64,000 bases of DNA from contig JALMLS010000455.1 in assembly GCA_038496445.1 (NCBI GenBank), positions 940,825-1,004,824 of the forward strand. The letters run 5' to 3'. The stretch is from Trichosphaerium sp. ATCC 40318. Lineage: Eukaryota; Protista; Tubulinea. The notes under the pieces are model-generated. The model saw only the letters and a program-made list of their open reading frames with translations, did no database searches and was not told where the DNA came from. This document shows, in pieces, positions 1-13,088 of the stretch (the stretch's first letter is position 1; the number at the start of each line of letters is the position of its first letter). Made by a program: the position numbers and the translations under genes.

Positions 1-3000
1 CCATTTACATCATTGTTGTAAGACCATGTGTGCAAACATTTTTTTATCAATATTTATTTTAGATCGACTTATCACTATCAATTGTGGAACAAAAGAAGCA
101 CCTTAAGCACTGGGTTCATACCCTTAGTAAGTTTTTGCGTGGACAAGATGCAACATTCTACTCAGTGATAGTATATGGATCCAAGTTGGATATTCATTCA
201 GGAGACTTAGAAGCCAATAAAAAAGTGCTATACTCCTTCAATCAGATGAAATCGTCAGTGTACCTTGTGTTTTGCTTAGGCGGTACTTGTTTTATTTTAA
301 ACTAAGTAAGTCTCCTAATGTTGTTTCAAAAGGTATCTCTGGTCTTGAGAAGCAATTGAAGCGTCAAGCAAAATACATGAAGTCACAATACCCAAAAGTA
401 CCAACTCTCTATGACAAAGTACAAAAAGCATTAAAGAAAGCAGTTGCGAAAAAAGATAGATTGAAGGGTAACATCATATCAATGTACGTTGAGTATCATC
501 AGACACAGATGAATAACATTTTGATAGTGAACAAGTCATCAAACTATTACCTGAAACTTGTAAAATGGCTCCAATTGAGTTGGTTGCCTCGTTAAATTAC
601 CTTCACTCTATTGGTAGCATTATGTTTGATGAGGTACTGCAACCTTTTCTACGAGCTTGAATTTGATTTAATTATCCTCTAGTCATCATACATGTTGTGT
701 TTAGACCCTCCCATTCTATCTCGTATTATGAGTGTCTTTGTTGCTCCTACAGAACACCTGAACAGACTATTGAATGACAATTCTCGAAATCACTGTGCTG
801 TATTCACTTATGCAGAGGCCCATTATCGCATCTCAAAAGTATTCAAAAAGTGTACAATGGTTGAAGTGAAGCAAGTGATGAGATTCTTGGTTGAACTGTC
901 ATTTTGTGTTCGCTTGACAATAGAAGAAAAGGTAACACTTCATAACACGTTTTTATTGGTACATTGTTTAGTTATGGTTTAGAAAGTGTATGGTTCAGAT
1001 GGATACATCATAATTTCATTATTGCCAAAAGCTGATATGTTGTACTTTCCACCCATGACAGAAAAGGAGTCCAGTATCAATCTAGTTAAACACAGAAATG
1101 AGAAATTATCCATATTTTCTAAAGTGTTTTACTTGAGCAAGTTACCATCAAAGTGGAGGTTACTATCATTCATACCTAAAAAAGACAATAGGTTTGTAAT
1201 CAAGACAATTAAAGCAATCAAGAAAAATTCAAAGACTCAAACAATAGTACGTTTAAACGTTCAGTTTTTGGTACTTTCTTTTTTTAATTTACATAGTCAC
1301 TTCCTGGTAAATATGAGCTCATATCAAGCGTTCCAAATTTCTTGGCTTATCAATTTACTTCCCCAGAATTGTCAATAGATGTGTTTAATAACTTGCAAAC
1401 AAGATTAAGAGGTAAGCGCCGAAGTAATGTTGTATTTATGCTTACAAAATATCTAGAGTTCCACAACAAAGAGTTCCGCCTATTTTCAAATCTGATTGTA
1501 TTGAATGATTTTTATGGTAACACAATTGTGCTGTACTATAATAACCTTGCCATAAATATTGTGATCAGAGGCAAGGTGCCATGGTTATGGAAGGTACAAT
1601 AGCAAATATCATAGTTAAGTATTGTAAGTATTCATCTATGTTTAGAAATGTATTGGATCATACTTAGCACCATTGGAAGGTAAACAAGTTCAGCTATGCC
1701 CTGCAAGTATTCAAAACGGTCACATTGTTGTTGCTACAAAACCTCCATATAAGTTTGAACAAACAGGTAACCACAAATGTGAAGGTCAACTTTACTTACA
1801 ACAATCTGATAGGAGATATTGTCACTGCCTCTCACTTGAAAGAGGGCTTTCCTGTTCTGATAAAAAGCCGAAATAGCTTTTGGAGCAGTCTCAACGGTGA
1901 ACAATTCTTAACACAAGGCGATTGGAAACAGAATTCCCAAAAGTATCCAGGTTTGAGATGGACTTCTCTCACAAGCAACGAAACAACTAAAGTATGTGTA
2001 ACACTTGGCATTCTGACTTGGTATTTCATCTTTGCTGACTGAATCTAAAAAGGAGCGTTGTGATGAGTACTTGAGAGCTCGCAATATGTTCTACAAGTTT
2101 ATGGGTACTGAGAGTGAGTCGTTCTTTAAACTTGAAAAGATTGTATTCTTTGACAATCAAACACTTGAAGCTGCATTCCAAAAAAAATATGAACAGCTCG
2201 TTGCTAAAGTACTTCAATCTAAATCTTCAGGTAAGTGATTGAACATTTGCTAGCAATTCTTATTAATCCATCATTTAGATATTAACGATAGCAGTTTGAG
2301 TGCAGTTGATAAAAATAAAATTGAAGCACAAGAACGTACAATGAACCATTTGAAAAACTACACTCTTCGTGTTTCTGGTAATGAGCAAATCAATCTCATT
2401 GGTGGGTTTCATGGTACAACAGAGGTACTGTCATCATATTAAGTATGCTACTTATACGCACGCATAGGATACCAGTTTCTTAATTGCGACAAACAACTTC
2501 AGAGAGCCAACAAAATCAAAAGACAAGAAAGATGAAGGATTCTTTGGTACTACATTTAAAAACCTTACCTTTCAACACCACAGCTAACAATTTAACAAAG
2601 GGAATGGTATCTACTTTACACAATACCCTGATTACGGTACTTGTCTATAATGTCATGTATATTGGAGTTAATAGAGCTGTTGTAGGAAAGGTATATGCTG
2701 AGTGGGAAAAGACAGATACTCCTTGCATGTTGATATCGTGGGTGATGATGGGAAAACCCTATCCAGCTACTGAGGTTCCAAGCCCAAACAATTCAAACAG
2801 CCTCTATGGAAAAGGATGCAAGGTAATCCATTGAAATTACACACTAGCTGTGGTGTAACAATGTAAAAATAGGATGGATACGATTCACACTATGCCATTG
2901 TTAAAAAAACAACAAGTGCTCGCAATTGTTATCCTTGTAAAAAACATGAAAAACCAGACTTTGATGAAATTGTTGTATTCTCCAACAAACAAGTACAGTC

Positions 3001-3594
3001 GCCACAATTACTATTATTTATTTAACTTTTTTAATCAGATTCTTCCGAGATACCTTGTTTATTATCAAAGCACAAACACTATCAATCTTGAACAGTTCAA
3101 CATCAAGTACAGAGATGCAAAGTGTCTCATCTTATGGGTTGATGATAACTTATCCAATGAGAACAAAGAGATTGTGAAGCGATTGAAAGCTCGTCCAAAG
3201 AAAACTGAGGCACTTAACAGATATCACAGGTGTTGCAGGGTTACTAACAACAATCTACAAGGTTTTGGAAATGATGTCATCCTCAGAGGTTTTGGCATGG
3301 CTTCAAAAGTTTAAAGGATATTGTAACAACAGGCTACGTATTATAACAAACAGGTACCGTAAAGGTGATGGAGATGAGAATGCAGCAGAGCACTTGGTGA
3401 AAAGTATAATTACGCAAAATAAGAAATGGAGTAAAATACCTATTCTTGTGTTTTGTGGTATGTGTTTTACAAACAACAATCGTAACATGCTCATATTTTT
3501 GATTTTAGGAAACAAATCAAGTGTCAAGTACCTCAAAAAGGAATACAAGAATGTTTCAGTCACAGATAATCCTGCAGATGTATTAGCTTTGTAA
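1..3594 (+). CDS. Roco-ART copy 1 (5'-truncated by window): end of Roc, COR, PARP-type ADP-ribosyltransferase, pseudo-receiver; multi-exon
   Basis: Spliced exons give IYIIV-IDLS...VIVYGSKLD (Roc G4), YLHSIGSIMFDE...LCLDPPILSRIM (COR), GGFHGTTE...GFFGNGIYFTQYPDYG...GYDSHY...FDEIVVFSNKQILPRYLVYY (ART), ILWVDDN...RIITNRYR...PILVFCG (REC-like); stop at 3592-3594. Confidence 0.85.
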
Positions 3595-3850
3595 CAGTCA
3601 GACTGTAATGAATGAGGAAAGACAAAAAGAGCAAAACATTGTAAATAGATTTCAAGTGAAAAAAACTGTTTTTTACACGTGTTTTACTCGTCTTTTGAAA
3701 ACGTTGATTATGGTTCCCATCCATGACCTCGGTCTACACAGCCAAATAGCTCTTGTAACAACCAGTGAGTTGCATAATTCAAGTGAGTTCGATAGGAAAA
3801 TATCACGTGTTAACTTTCACGATCACTTAACGAAAAAACTGGTCCACGTT

Positions 3851-5757
3851 TTATTCTTCACTAGCCTCGCCGCTATATTCTACATTTACAGAAGAGTAAC
3901 CCGGTGAGCTTGCTGAATCTGTTAGCAGCGATCTATCAGAGGCGTTTTCTTCTTGCATAGAAAGACATCGTAAAAATGAATAAATACCAATAGGTAGCAA
4001 TAAAATAGGTGAAAGAATTGCAAATCCCGAGACAAGTGTGAGTGTCATGATATTACTTGATGCCCAAAATTTACTGACTACCTTTACTAGTTGCTTTTGA
4101 ATCAGAAACCCATATGCAAACGCATCAAAGAGACCTACAATGGTAAGGGTTTTTGGAGCAAAAAAAGACAAAATGCAAAAAAAAAACCTTAAAGGCCTCA
4201 TCTGACATACTAACACTCAAAATGAAAAATAAAAGCTTAGGGTTATTCCTATACTTTGCTTATTGTGTAAAAATCAAATTGTAATTGTTCAAAGGGCACC
4301 CTTTGTTATTGCCTGTCTAGTTGAATTTTTTTTGCAAGAAGTTTTGAACTTGTGTACCTTGTAAGTTCCGTAGAATGCTGTATATAACCACCAAAAAGAA
4401 TACATTACATGCCTCGCCTGTGGAAACGTGGTATATATTATTGATACAATAAGCAACAACATCAGGAATCCAGAACAATAAAATGAATGTAAAAAGTAGT
4501 ATCCTGAGAATAAATGCTCTATGCTTTTTTTTATTCGTTGGAGTGTACGTCAAGTTCCTCATCTTGAAACAGAATGACTTAATAAAACGTAATAAAAAAC
4601 AAGTAAAGGAATGTGTGACTGTTATACAAGGCAAAAAAATTGCACATTTGACGTGTGTGCTCATTGAAGGAGACGGTTTTTCAAATTCAATGAAAAAAAA
4701 ACTTCATTTTTTTTCGGCGACCCATGGCTTGTAGAGGAGGAAATAGCTTGAAAATAATTTGTATACGTACCACTACTATAACAGATATATACAGTATTAT
4801 ACATAATAGAACTGATGCCAACACAGGTAATAACCATAAGTAAATATGATAAGGTTGTATAGGTGCTGCATATCCTGCTACGTTAAGTTCCATCCTTGCA
4901 ATCGCTATTGTCACCGTAACATTTATCAAAGGTAATCCCCATGACATTACATGGAAGGCTATGAAGTATCGGTTCCATTTAATATTCGTATCAAGGCGTT
5001 TTATAGTCAGCAAATAAATCTAAGAATAAAATAAGAAATAGCCTCAAAAAATAAAAAATGTTTTGACAAGTTTGACGGTTATACTATTCTCAAAATATAA
5101 GAGTTTAGTATATATCTTGTGAAGTATTGTCGAGTATATAATAACATACAAATGAAAGAAATAAAGATTGGGAGAATCTGAATCGTTGAAAAAAGGAAAA
5201 GAAAAGAACAAGCTAGAACTTCAAAACCTTCAAAATGTGACGTACAAGCAAATAGAATCCGACACAATTTGTCCAGACTATACTAGCTAGAGCACCAAAC
5301 TGAAAAGTAGCTCGAAAAAGAAGCATAAGCGCTTGACTTTGACCATAAAACTTATCCATTGTTAGAATCAATATTTTTTCTACAACATTACTAGCAGCCC
5401 AAATAAACTCGCTTGATGATATATAAAAAGCCAAGTACTATAACAACCAAAACCCGTCAGTAAACACAACACATGAACACATTAAACAAAAGCGCAACAG
5501 ACACGTACCATCATTTTTCGGACACGTTTTTTATTACTCCGTTTTGGTAAAAGCATAAAAATACACATAACAAAAGTTGTTCCGTAGAGTGACCTATTAA
5601 TAAAATAATCACGTGGGATGAACAAGAAGTGATGAAAAAACAAAATTTAGAAGTACATTATCCCGGTTACTAAAGAAGATATTGTAATAACTCGTCTCTC
5701 CACAGGACTGAAAGTTGTTTGACATACACCTCGATTAGTGATATTTGCAGTCTCCAT
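3851..5757 (-). CDS. 7TM G-protein-coupled receptor, cAMP-receptor-like (Crl/GCR1 class), multi-exon
   Basis: Hydrophobic exons with FQFGALASIVWTNCVGFYL (TM3), FHVMSWGLPLI (TM4), LRILLFTFILLFWIP (TM6), GLFDAFAYG (TM7); ATG METANIT at 5757. Confidence 0.75.
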
Positions 5758-6080
5758 GTCCCCATTGATATCTGTTATCATTTTCGAATTGTAATCGTTA
5801 TTAAGCGCTATATTAGCGTAATTCCACGCGTGGCAGCTCGTTTCGAAGATAATTTAGCTTAAATTAATCTATATCGTGCCCCCAGTGTTGCGTTGGGTTG
5901 TTCTATGTAGTGTAAGTCGTAATTAGGGGTTTTTACTACGCCATCCCGTGTACAAACTGATTTTTAATGTAACTTGACATTTTATAACTTAACGAAATTT
6001 AGCAATAATTCCGCTTCTACTTTATGTGACTAAAACTAACTATCATGATAAAATTTGTATTTTTATTTATTATCCATAGA

Positions 6081-7492
6081 TTACTGAAGGAAAGGTAAAT
6101 CAGAACCAGAACGTTGCTCTGATATTTGACCGATAATAAGCCTCCAAAAGTCGCACAAAATCTTTATTGTTAGTCAAGAAAAAAAAGGTTCCAAAAAACA
6201 ATTAAACAAATCTCAGAAAGTTGTTGGTAAAAGGATACAAAAACAACCATAGCTGCTGCCAAAGAACTTCCAGCAGTAACTAAAAGACTCCATCTGCTTC
6301 CTGGTTCTTCATCAAGCCTAATAAAGCATAAATAAGCAAGCCATTCAAAAAAACATCAAGAAAAACATACCAGAAGAATACAGGGAACGAAACAACAAAG
6401 TACAAGGCATAAAATGTTGTACCGTAAAAGTACATAGCATTCCTATCAGTAAAATTGTAGTATGGGACCTACAAGACAAGTCAGAAGTCAAAAAAATTCA
6501 AACGAAAAAAAATCTCAATATCTGAATGAGCGAAATCGCTAGGCATAATACGAGCTTCAAGATACTTTCTGAGCTACGAAACTTACGTATTGTATTGTCC
6601 ATGTCTCCATAAATGCAACAAACAAAGAGAGTCCGACTATAACGATTGCACAATTGATATATCTTGAATAAACGTTTGGTGTGCCATACCATACTTTACG
6701 TATAACAGCATTAGATAACATATGGTATGTGATAAAGTATGGTTGTGTTAGGCCAAATAAGAACAAAGGAATCTAACCAATCGTCAGTTAAGCTTCTTCG
6801 TTTAAAAGAGCTATAAATCGCTTCATACGCCGTTGATTGTCCATCTTGTAGGAAAGGTGTACGCTGCACCAAGTAATGCAAAGAAGTAATGCGTCCAGAA
6901 GTAATTTCCAACAAAATTGAAGAGAGCTATCCATAAATTCGCTTTTGTAGCATAACGCTCATACCAAGGACGATGTACATCAGCCTAACATAGTTTAGAA
7001 GACAAATAAACAAAAAACAATAAAAAATAAGTGACACTACCGTCAAAAAGTATCGTATAACGGTTTAAATGGTAACACCAACGACAGGCGGTACGCTTTA
7101 GCGTTTAAAAAAAGTTACAGTCGTTTTGGGAGCGTACACCGAAAGGGAAGAATATAGGCCATAGAATACATGGTAGGCTCATAACAAGACCAAAGCAGGC
7201 ATAACCGTAATCATCCCAGTGCTTTTTTATTCGCATGTTAGCGTCAAATGGCGGGTAATGATTTTTAGTACCTTATACCACCCAGTGTATACTACCAAAG
7301 CCATCACAGTGAGCCATATTGGCGTATAACACCAAAAGAACTGCTCTCCTTCTCTAAACCGTATATAGTAAGTATATACCACCACACCGGCGTAACTGTA
7401 TCTACGGCGTACTTTTTACTTTGCCTCACTGAGAAGTAAGTTGCAGGCTGTATCCTAGCTTTTTTCAAGTATGTCTTGTACGTATTTTCCAT
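6081..7492 (-). CDS. CPI1: Cycloeucalenol cycloisomerase (cyclopropylsterol isomerase), multi-exon; start may lie upstream at 7679
   Basis: Exons read EGEQFFWCYTPIWL, KANLWIALFNFVGNYFWTHYFFALLGAAYTFP, PYYNFTDRNAMY, FYALYFVVSFPVF, AAAMVV, DFWRL, matching recalled plant CPI1 motifs. Confidence 0.9.
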
Positions 7493-7728
7493 CCCAACTG
7501 GTCTATGCACCAAAAAAAACAACAAAAAAGAAATACAAGAACAAGCCTTGACTGTCGGGACTTTTCAACAAAAAACCACATTGGGGTATCACAGGTGATT
7601 TCAGTCCAAATTCAATAGTAACACGCATGGTTGTTGCCAAGAGTACAAGTATTACGTAATAATTTATTGAGCGTGACATGAGCCTTTCCATTTTCTTTTT
7701 TTTTTTTTTTTACAAAGAATCAATTGTT

Positions 7729-10700
7729 CTAATACGCAAAAGATGATGATGAGAAGGATTTAGCAGCTTCTTCAAATACTCTAAAAAACCAACCAGTAAG
7801 AAAACAGAACACTACAAAAAAAGAAACAAAAGAAACAAGAGAATCGTACCGTTCTTGTTCAACAAACTTGGCCAAGATTTGTCCCATTTGTTTCTCATCA
7901 GCAGCCAATCTCTTCTTGGTAACCTCAACCTCGAACAACTCCATCATCTTATCTCCAGACAACTGTCCAATTTCACCTTGAATCTCAGAGTACAAGTCGT
8001 GGAACCTAGACAGAATAAGCACCAACACTAAACCAAAAAAAAAAAACCCTAAAAACATTGACACGTACATTGGTGTCAAGAAAAAGTTGTGACACTTTAG
8101 AAGAACAGAAGATGTCAATCTGTTCTTGGTGGCCTGGAAAATTTCTCCAGCCATCTCATAAACAATACGTTTCATCTCGTTTGGATCACGAGTGTTGAAG
8201 TCCTTGGTGTAAGCGCTGAAACTAAAAAAAAGCACAAGTAAGCAAAACAGACCCGCAAATCGAAGCACCAACAACGCACCTAAAGTTTTGAAAGTAAATC
8301 AATTGTGTAGTGTAAAACTCGTCCATGCACTTTTCTAGGGCTTTAGCTGCAGTATCATCAACAAAGTTATAGTATAGGTTCCTGACTTCATTAACAAAGA
8401 ATGGGAATTCTTCGACTGGAACATCAAACGTTTGTTGAACACGACCGAGGCGAACTCCTAGAGAAGGACCTGCACCAAGTGGACTACCTCCGAGTGGTGA
8501 TGGACCAGATTGAGCAGCTCCCTTTCTGCTCTTTGCTGCCTTTTTCTGTACAGCCATCATCTTCTCAGCAATACCAGGAAGACGTTTCATAATGTAAACA
8601 GCACGTTTAAATAGTTGTTGAATCAACGACTTAAACAGAGCTTGAGACTGTTGTCGGGCGAGATCACATGCCTAATAAAGTGTGAGTACACAATTACACG
8701 TTAAGCTTATGCCACACGTACAGTCCAGGCATAGGTTGATACGTTATTAAGGCGTCTAGCACCAGCTGCTGTGGCAATAGTGCCAACATCAATTTTAGGG
8801 GCTTTGAGATGTGTACCAACAATTTTGAACTCTGCCAAGAGTCTGTGCAACTGTTGTCCACCAAATACTTTAGCTTCGGAACCAGATACTTTCTTATCGC
8901 TAGATGAGATGTTCTGTCCTTTGAGGTAGTTGTAAAATTGTCCACACTCAGCTTTTTCTTCTTGTAGAGTTTGACCGTTTTGTTGAGGATTACCTAAGGA
9001 TGAATTTAGCAACAAAAAAAAACAGATCTAAAACAAAGGTTCTTCATACCTTCAATGTTGCCACGAGGTGAAATCAACTTCTCAATGGATTGCAAGAAGT
9101 TCATGACGTAGTTTGAGGCAGCAGAGCGCATGCGTGAGATTTCCATACTTGCTAGACGGTTACGAATAGAGTTGAGGTCATCTTCGACTTGCTTCTTAAG
9201 CGCACTATATTTTAAAAAAATGAGCAATTACCAACCAAAACAAACAAAAAAAAAATCAATAAAACGAATGAATATGCGTACCGCAATCTGTTTTGAATGA
9301 GCGGAGTGTTGTCTTGGTATGTACGAAGAGTGGAATCCCAGATGAATAACCTCAAGGACTGTACACCAACATTACCTTCATACCTTCTATCGAATCTCAA
9401 TTGTTCCAAAGCCTTCAAATCAGCTTGGTAATAATCAATGAGGGTCTTTCTGAACACACCCTTATCAGATATATTCTCTTCAGTGTGGTCGACAAGAGTA
9501 ACAAAGAAAGCCTTATCAGTAACACCAGGAACAATACTCATAAGGTAGTTATTCACGTCACGCATATCAGAGAAAGATTTAAGCAATACATTGAACTTGG
9601 AGAAACAAAACAATGTTCTGTTCAATGTTGGGTCAACCTTCTTAGCAAATTGTACAAGAGGGCTTTGTTCACTACCAGTTTTAGCCTAAGAAAACTATTA
9701 ACAATCGCACAACACCGAAAAAAAAAACCAAAAAACGAATTTCTTTTCTCGTTATTCCAAAAGGAGATTTCATACCTCTTCTACTGCAACAATAATACGA
9801 TGTGGAAGTTTAGTCTGTTCTACAACAATAGCTTCAATTTCTTTAGCTTTGCTGCCGTCTTCACCAAGGGCCAACCCAGGTGTATCAATAATGGTCATAT
9901 TCCAGCAAAATTTATAGTTGTACTGGATAATGAGTGGGATTTGGGTGAATGTATTACTAAGTAAGCAAGATTGATTAGCGAACAAGCAAACAAAAGCAAT
10001 ATTCTCGTCAAAACAAAAAAAAGCTCGCAGCGAGCGAAAAAAAGATTGTTTGGCGAAATTACGTATCATAACAATACGAAATTTACAACCAACGTCGCTT
10101 TTGCGCGTTTACGTTAGGATTGTTTAGATTTTTTTTATAATTAAACCAGAGGGTGTTCTATACACTCAAGAGTTCATTATTGTAGCGTAAAGAAGGTAAC
10201 GAATAAAAAACCTTCAAAGTAGAACAGAAAATGTCTTTCGTCTCTAGCTCTTACCGTTTGGCAATTTCGTCTTTAACTTGCTCTAAAGAGCACTGCATAT
10301 CAGTGAAACCGAGTTCTTTGTGAGCATAATCGCGTTTGATTGTTATTTTGGGCTCATCGGCTTTCTCATCGGAAATGAGTTGTATATGAATAGGACGGTT
10401 TGTGGTACTAGTTTGGCGTTAATTAAACTTCATGAAGCAACTCTTGAAATTAAGAATTGGTTGTTGTAGCGACATTGCTGTGTATATAGTATTTCTATGC
10501 GAATACGCGCTAATGATGCTAAAACACGCTCTAATAGGTTTGCGCCTTATGCTGTTGTTATTTGCGTACGCTTCTGCCGTGTTATGGAAGGCGTGGCCAA
10601 GGAACGCTTCTATGAGTGAAGATCTGCCTTGTCCAGCTGGACCGATAAAAACTATTTCTGGAGCACGTACAAATGCATTTAAACTACGCTATGGTTATTT

Positions 10701-10887
10701 TTATAGTTGTTGTGGTATTAAAATAGACATACTCGCGTGCTAAGACCATCACCTCGCGATATGCGTCAAACAGCTCTTTAGGGTAAAGTTCGAAGTTGGA
10801 GGCTGCGCCTGTGTCTCCTCTGCAACAAATGCGTGTCAGAGAGTAAAGTTATAAGCCTAACGGCCGGTAAGCATACCCTGATGCCAT
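7729..10887 (-). CDS. Dynamin-related protein of the DRP5/Dlp (cytokinesis) class, multi-exon
   Basis: APEIVFIGPAGQGRSSLIEAFLG (G1), TNRPIHIQL (G2), MTIIDTPGL (G3), DPTLNRTLFCFSKF (G4), KVFGGQQLHRLLAEF (DRP5/Dlp middle-domain motif). Confidence 0.85.
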
Positions 10888-11687
10888 TTTATAAGGTTTG
10901 TATTTGTGCAACTGTTGCAGACGGTTTGTACAACTAAAATTGGTGAACGTTGACTGGGAACGTAATTTTTCTATTTTGCCGGAAATTTTTTATTAAAGTT
11001 TCCAAACGTGGGTTTATTGTTGTAGCGCAAGCTACAGAGTGTTATAAAAGAAAACAGGTCGCTCCCAAATACGGACTAACTCAACGACATCTCAGTTTTC
11101 TCATTTTCATGGTTTTCTACATGTCTATCATGACAACACGTGCCACAGCTTGCCTTTATAAAAATTTCGTCCCGGATAGGGCTGATGCACCTACTCTCGC
11201 GAGCGCTGTTCAGTGGCACTTCGAGAGGCCTCTTAAGGTCCTCCCTCAATCGGTATTAATGAGGTGCGATAAATATAGATGGGATTCTAAATGGCCGACA
11301 CTCTTCTTGACTTACAGATGGCCTGCTGAGCCTGTATTTATGGAAGCGCAGTGCCTTGAAACAGTTCTTCTTGAACACTAGTCAGTTGGGACTCCGCCTA
11401 GCCCGTCCATCTGGTACAATAATGGTTCAAAAAAAAGTTGAATTATTCTGATACTAAGTCAAGAATTTCTATCACTATAGTACTCTAATTATGGATAATG
11501 TACTTCAAAACGCCCACAAACCGTTGTACTAACTATTTTCATGCGTGAGAATCCTCGGGCGGATGTTTGGTTCGAAAACGTGGTACAGAACGATTATTTC
11601 TGTTTTCGTATTTGATTGACCTGAAAAAGCCTGGGCGTTTCACCAGAGAACATGTGGTCAAAACAGTATATTTTTATTTCAAACGTG

Positions 11688-12585
11688 TCAATGTATGAGT
11701 GAGAACTTGTACGTCACACACGAGAGTGTGTTTTTGTTTGTATCTTCAACTACAACTTTGCCAGTGTAATCAAGCTGAGTAAAGAATTAATTCAAGGGAG
11801 TTTTTTAATCTTTCTAGAAAACCACCGAACTACTTACCGCAGGAGCTATTTCTGGGATTACAGTAACTGCAGAAGAGACATATGTACCAGGTTTACAAGG
11901 ACATGGGCAAGAAGGTATCAAAGGAGGATCACAAATGCTGTCTATAGAGAAAAAGTAGTAAGAAACAAAGTCATTGCGAAAACGCTTCCTTACCAGTTGT
12001 TGAATGAACTGTTATCCCAAGGTAAATGATACTGTTAGTTACAGTGCCACCACTTAGAGTCTCAGAATACGTTCCGCTCGTTGTGATAGTGATATTTTTA
12101 CCAGCAGTTGGAGGATCTAAAAACTGTCAAAATATCGAAAAAAAAACTTTTCAACATTCACATCACGTGACGGAAAAACTCTCAAGCAACGGAGTAAATA
12201 TAAACCGTTGTTCGCAAACCGACGCAAAACGTTGCTAGTTTAGCGAAAATACACGTTTAAGACTTTGATTAGTAAAAAACTGTTCTGTGGTTGCTACGCT
12301 ACTTCTGGCAGTGTTTTCGTGCGAATGAGGCGAGTTCGTAAAGACAAAAAAGGAGAAATAACAATTTCTTTTGGTACTACGTACAAGGCGTCATTTTGAT
12401 GCTAGTTATATTAATTTGAGATCCTGGATCTACAGTAGGCGTGATTAAGGGTTCATTATTTAGGTCACGTGAAAACTCGTACCACAATTTTTCCAAGAGA
12501 ATGGCTCTACTTTTAATGGTTTTACAGCAAAGGCAAGTAAGAAACAACACGAAACCAAGAAAGTAAACGAAATGAGGTATGACAT
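11688..12585 (-). CDS. Secreted ML-domain (MD-2/NPC2-like lipid-binding) protein, multi-exon
   Basis: Signal peptide MSYLISFTFLVSCCFLLAFA, FSWKNC, PPTAGKNITITTSG, SICD...CPCKPGTY, YTGKVVVED...LSCVTYKF; typical ML cysteine spacing. Confidence 0.8.
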
Positions 12586-12870
12586 AGTGGTAGTTTGACA
12601 GGATACAGAAAAAATAGAAATCGACTTATGTAGGTTAAGGCAATTCACAAACTATAAAACGAAGCTCCAAGTCAATGGTGTAACACACCAAACCTTGATC
12701 ATCATCCTCACCTATTTGTAGTTCGCTGGAAACTTATTTTAGCTACAGCAGTGACTGTCGTGAATGTAGTTTTAATTATCACTCTAACCGTGTACTAACT
12801 CAAAAAGTTATGGATAGTACAATTTGTTTGACTGTGAGCACTTGGCTAGCCTTTGAAAAGGTAACAAGGA

Positions 12871-13088
12871 GGGGATATAGTTTTTTCTGAAAACAAAAAT
12901 TAGAAAGTGTAGAAAGATGCATAGCTAGGGCAGTCCACTAAACTAGAAAGCGCCTGGTTCACTTACGGTCGGGTCCTCGCTGTGCTCGGAACTAGAATCC
13001 GACCTTCGTTCACATATAGTGATCCATTGGTGCGTATAGGCATTCGGTTTTTGTATCGAATTCTATTTTTTCGAATTTTATCTTTCCG
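12871..13088 (-). mobile_element. Degenerate second copy of the MITE at 24662-24914, opposite orientation
   Basis: 12910-13080 is a near-identical reverse complement of ~24695-24858; begins with ggggatatagtttttt (TIR remnant); other end truncated. Confidence 0.8.

Noticed and set aside
1768-1813. Apparent frameshift between ORFs 1673-1876 and 1725-2042 (also in copy 4)
   Set aside because: The 1-nt indel lies within a gtaacc...tgatag intron (46 nt versus 45 nt in copies 2 and 3), so it is not a coding lesion.
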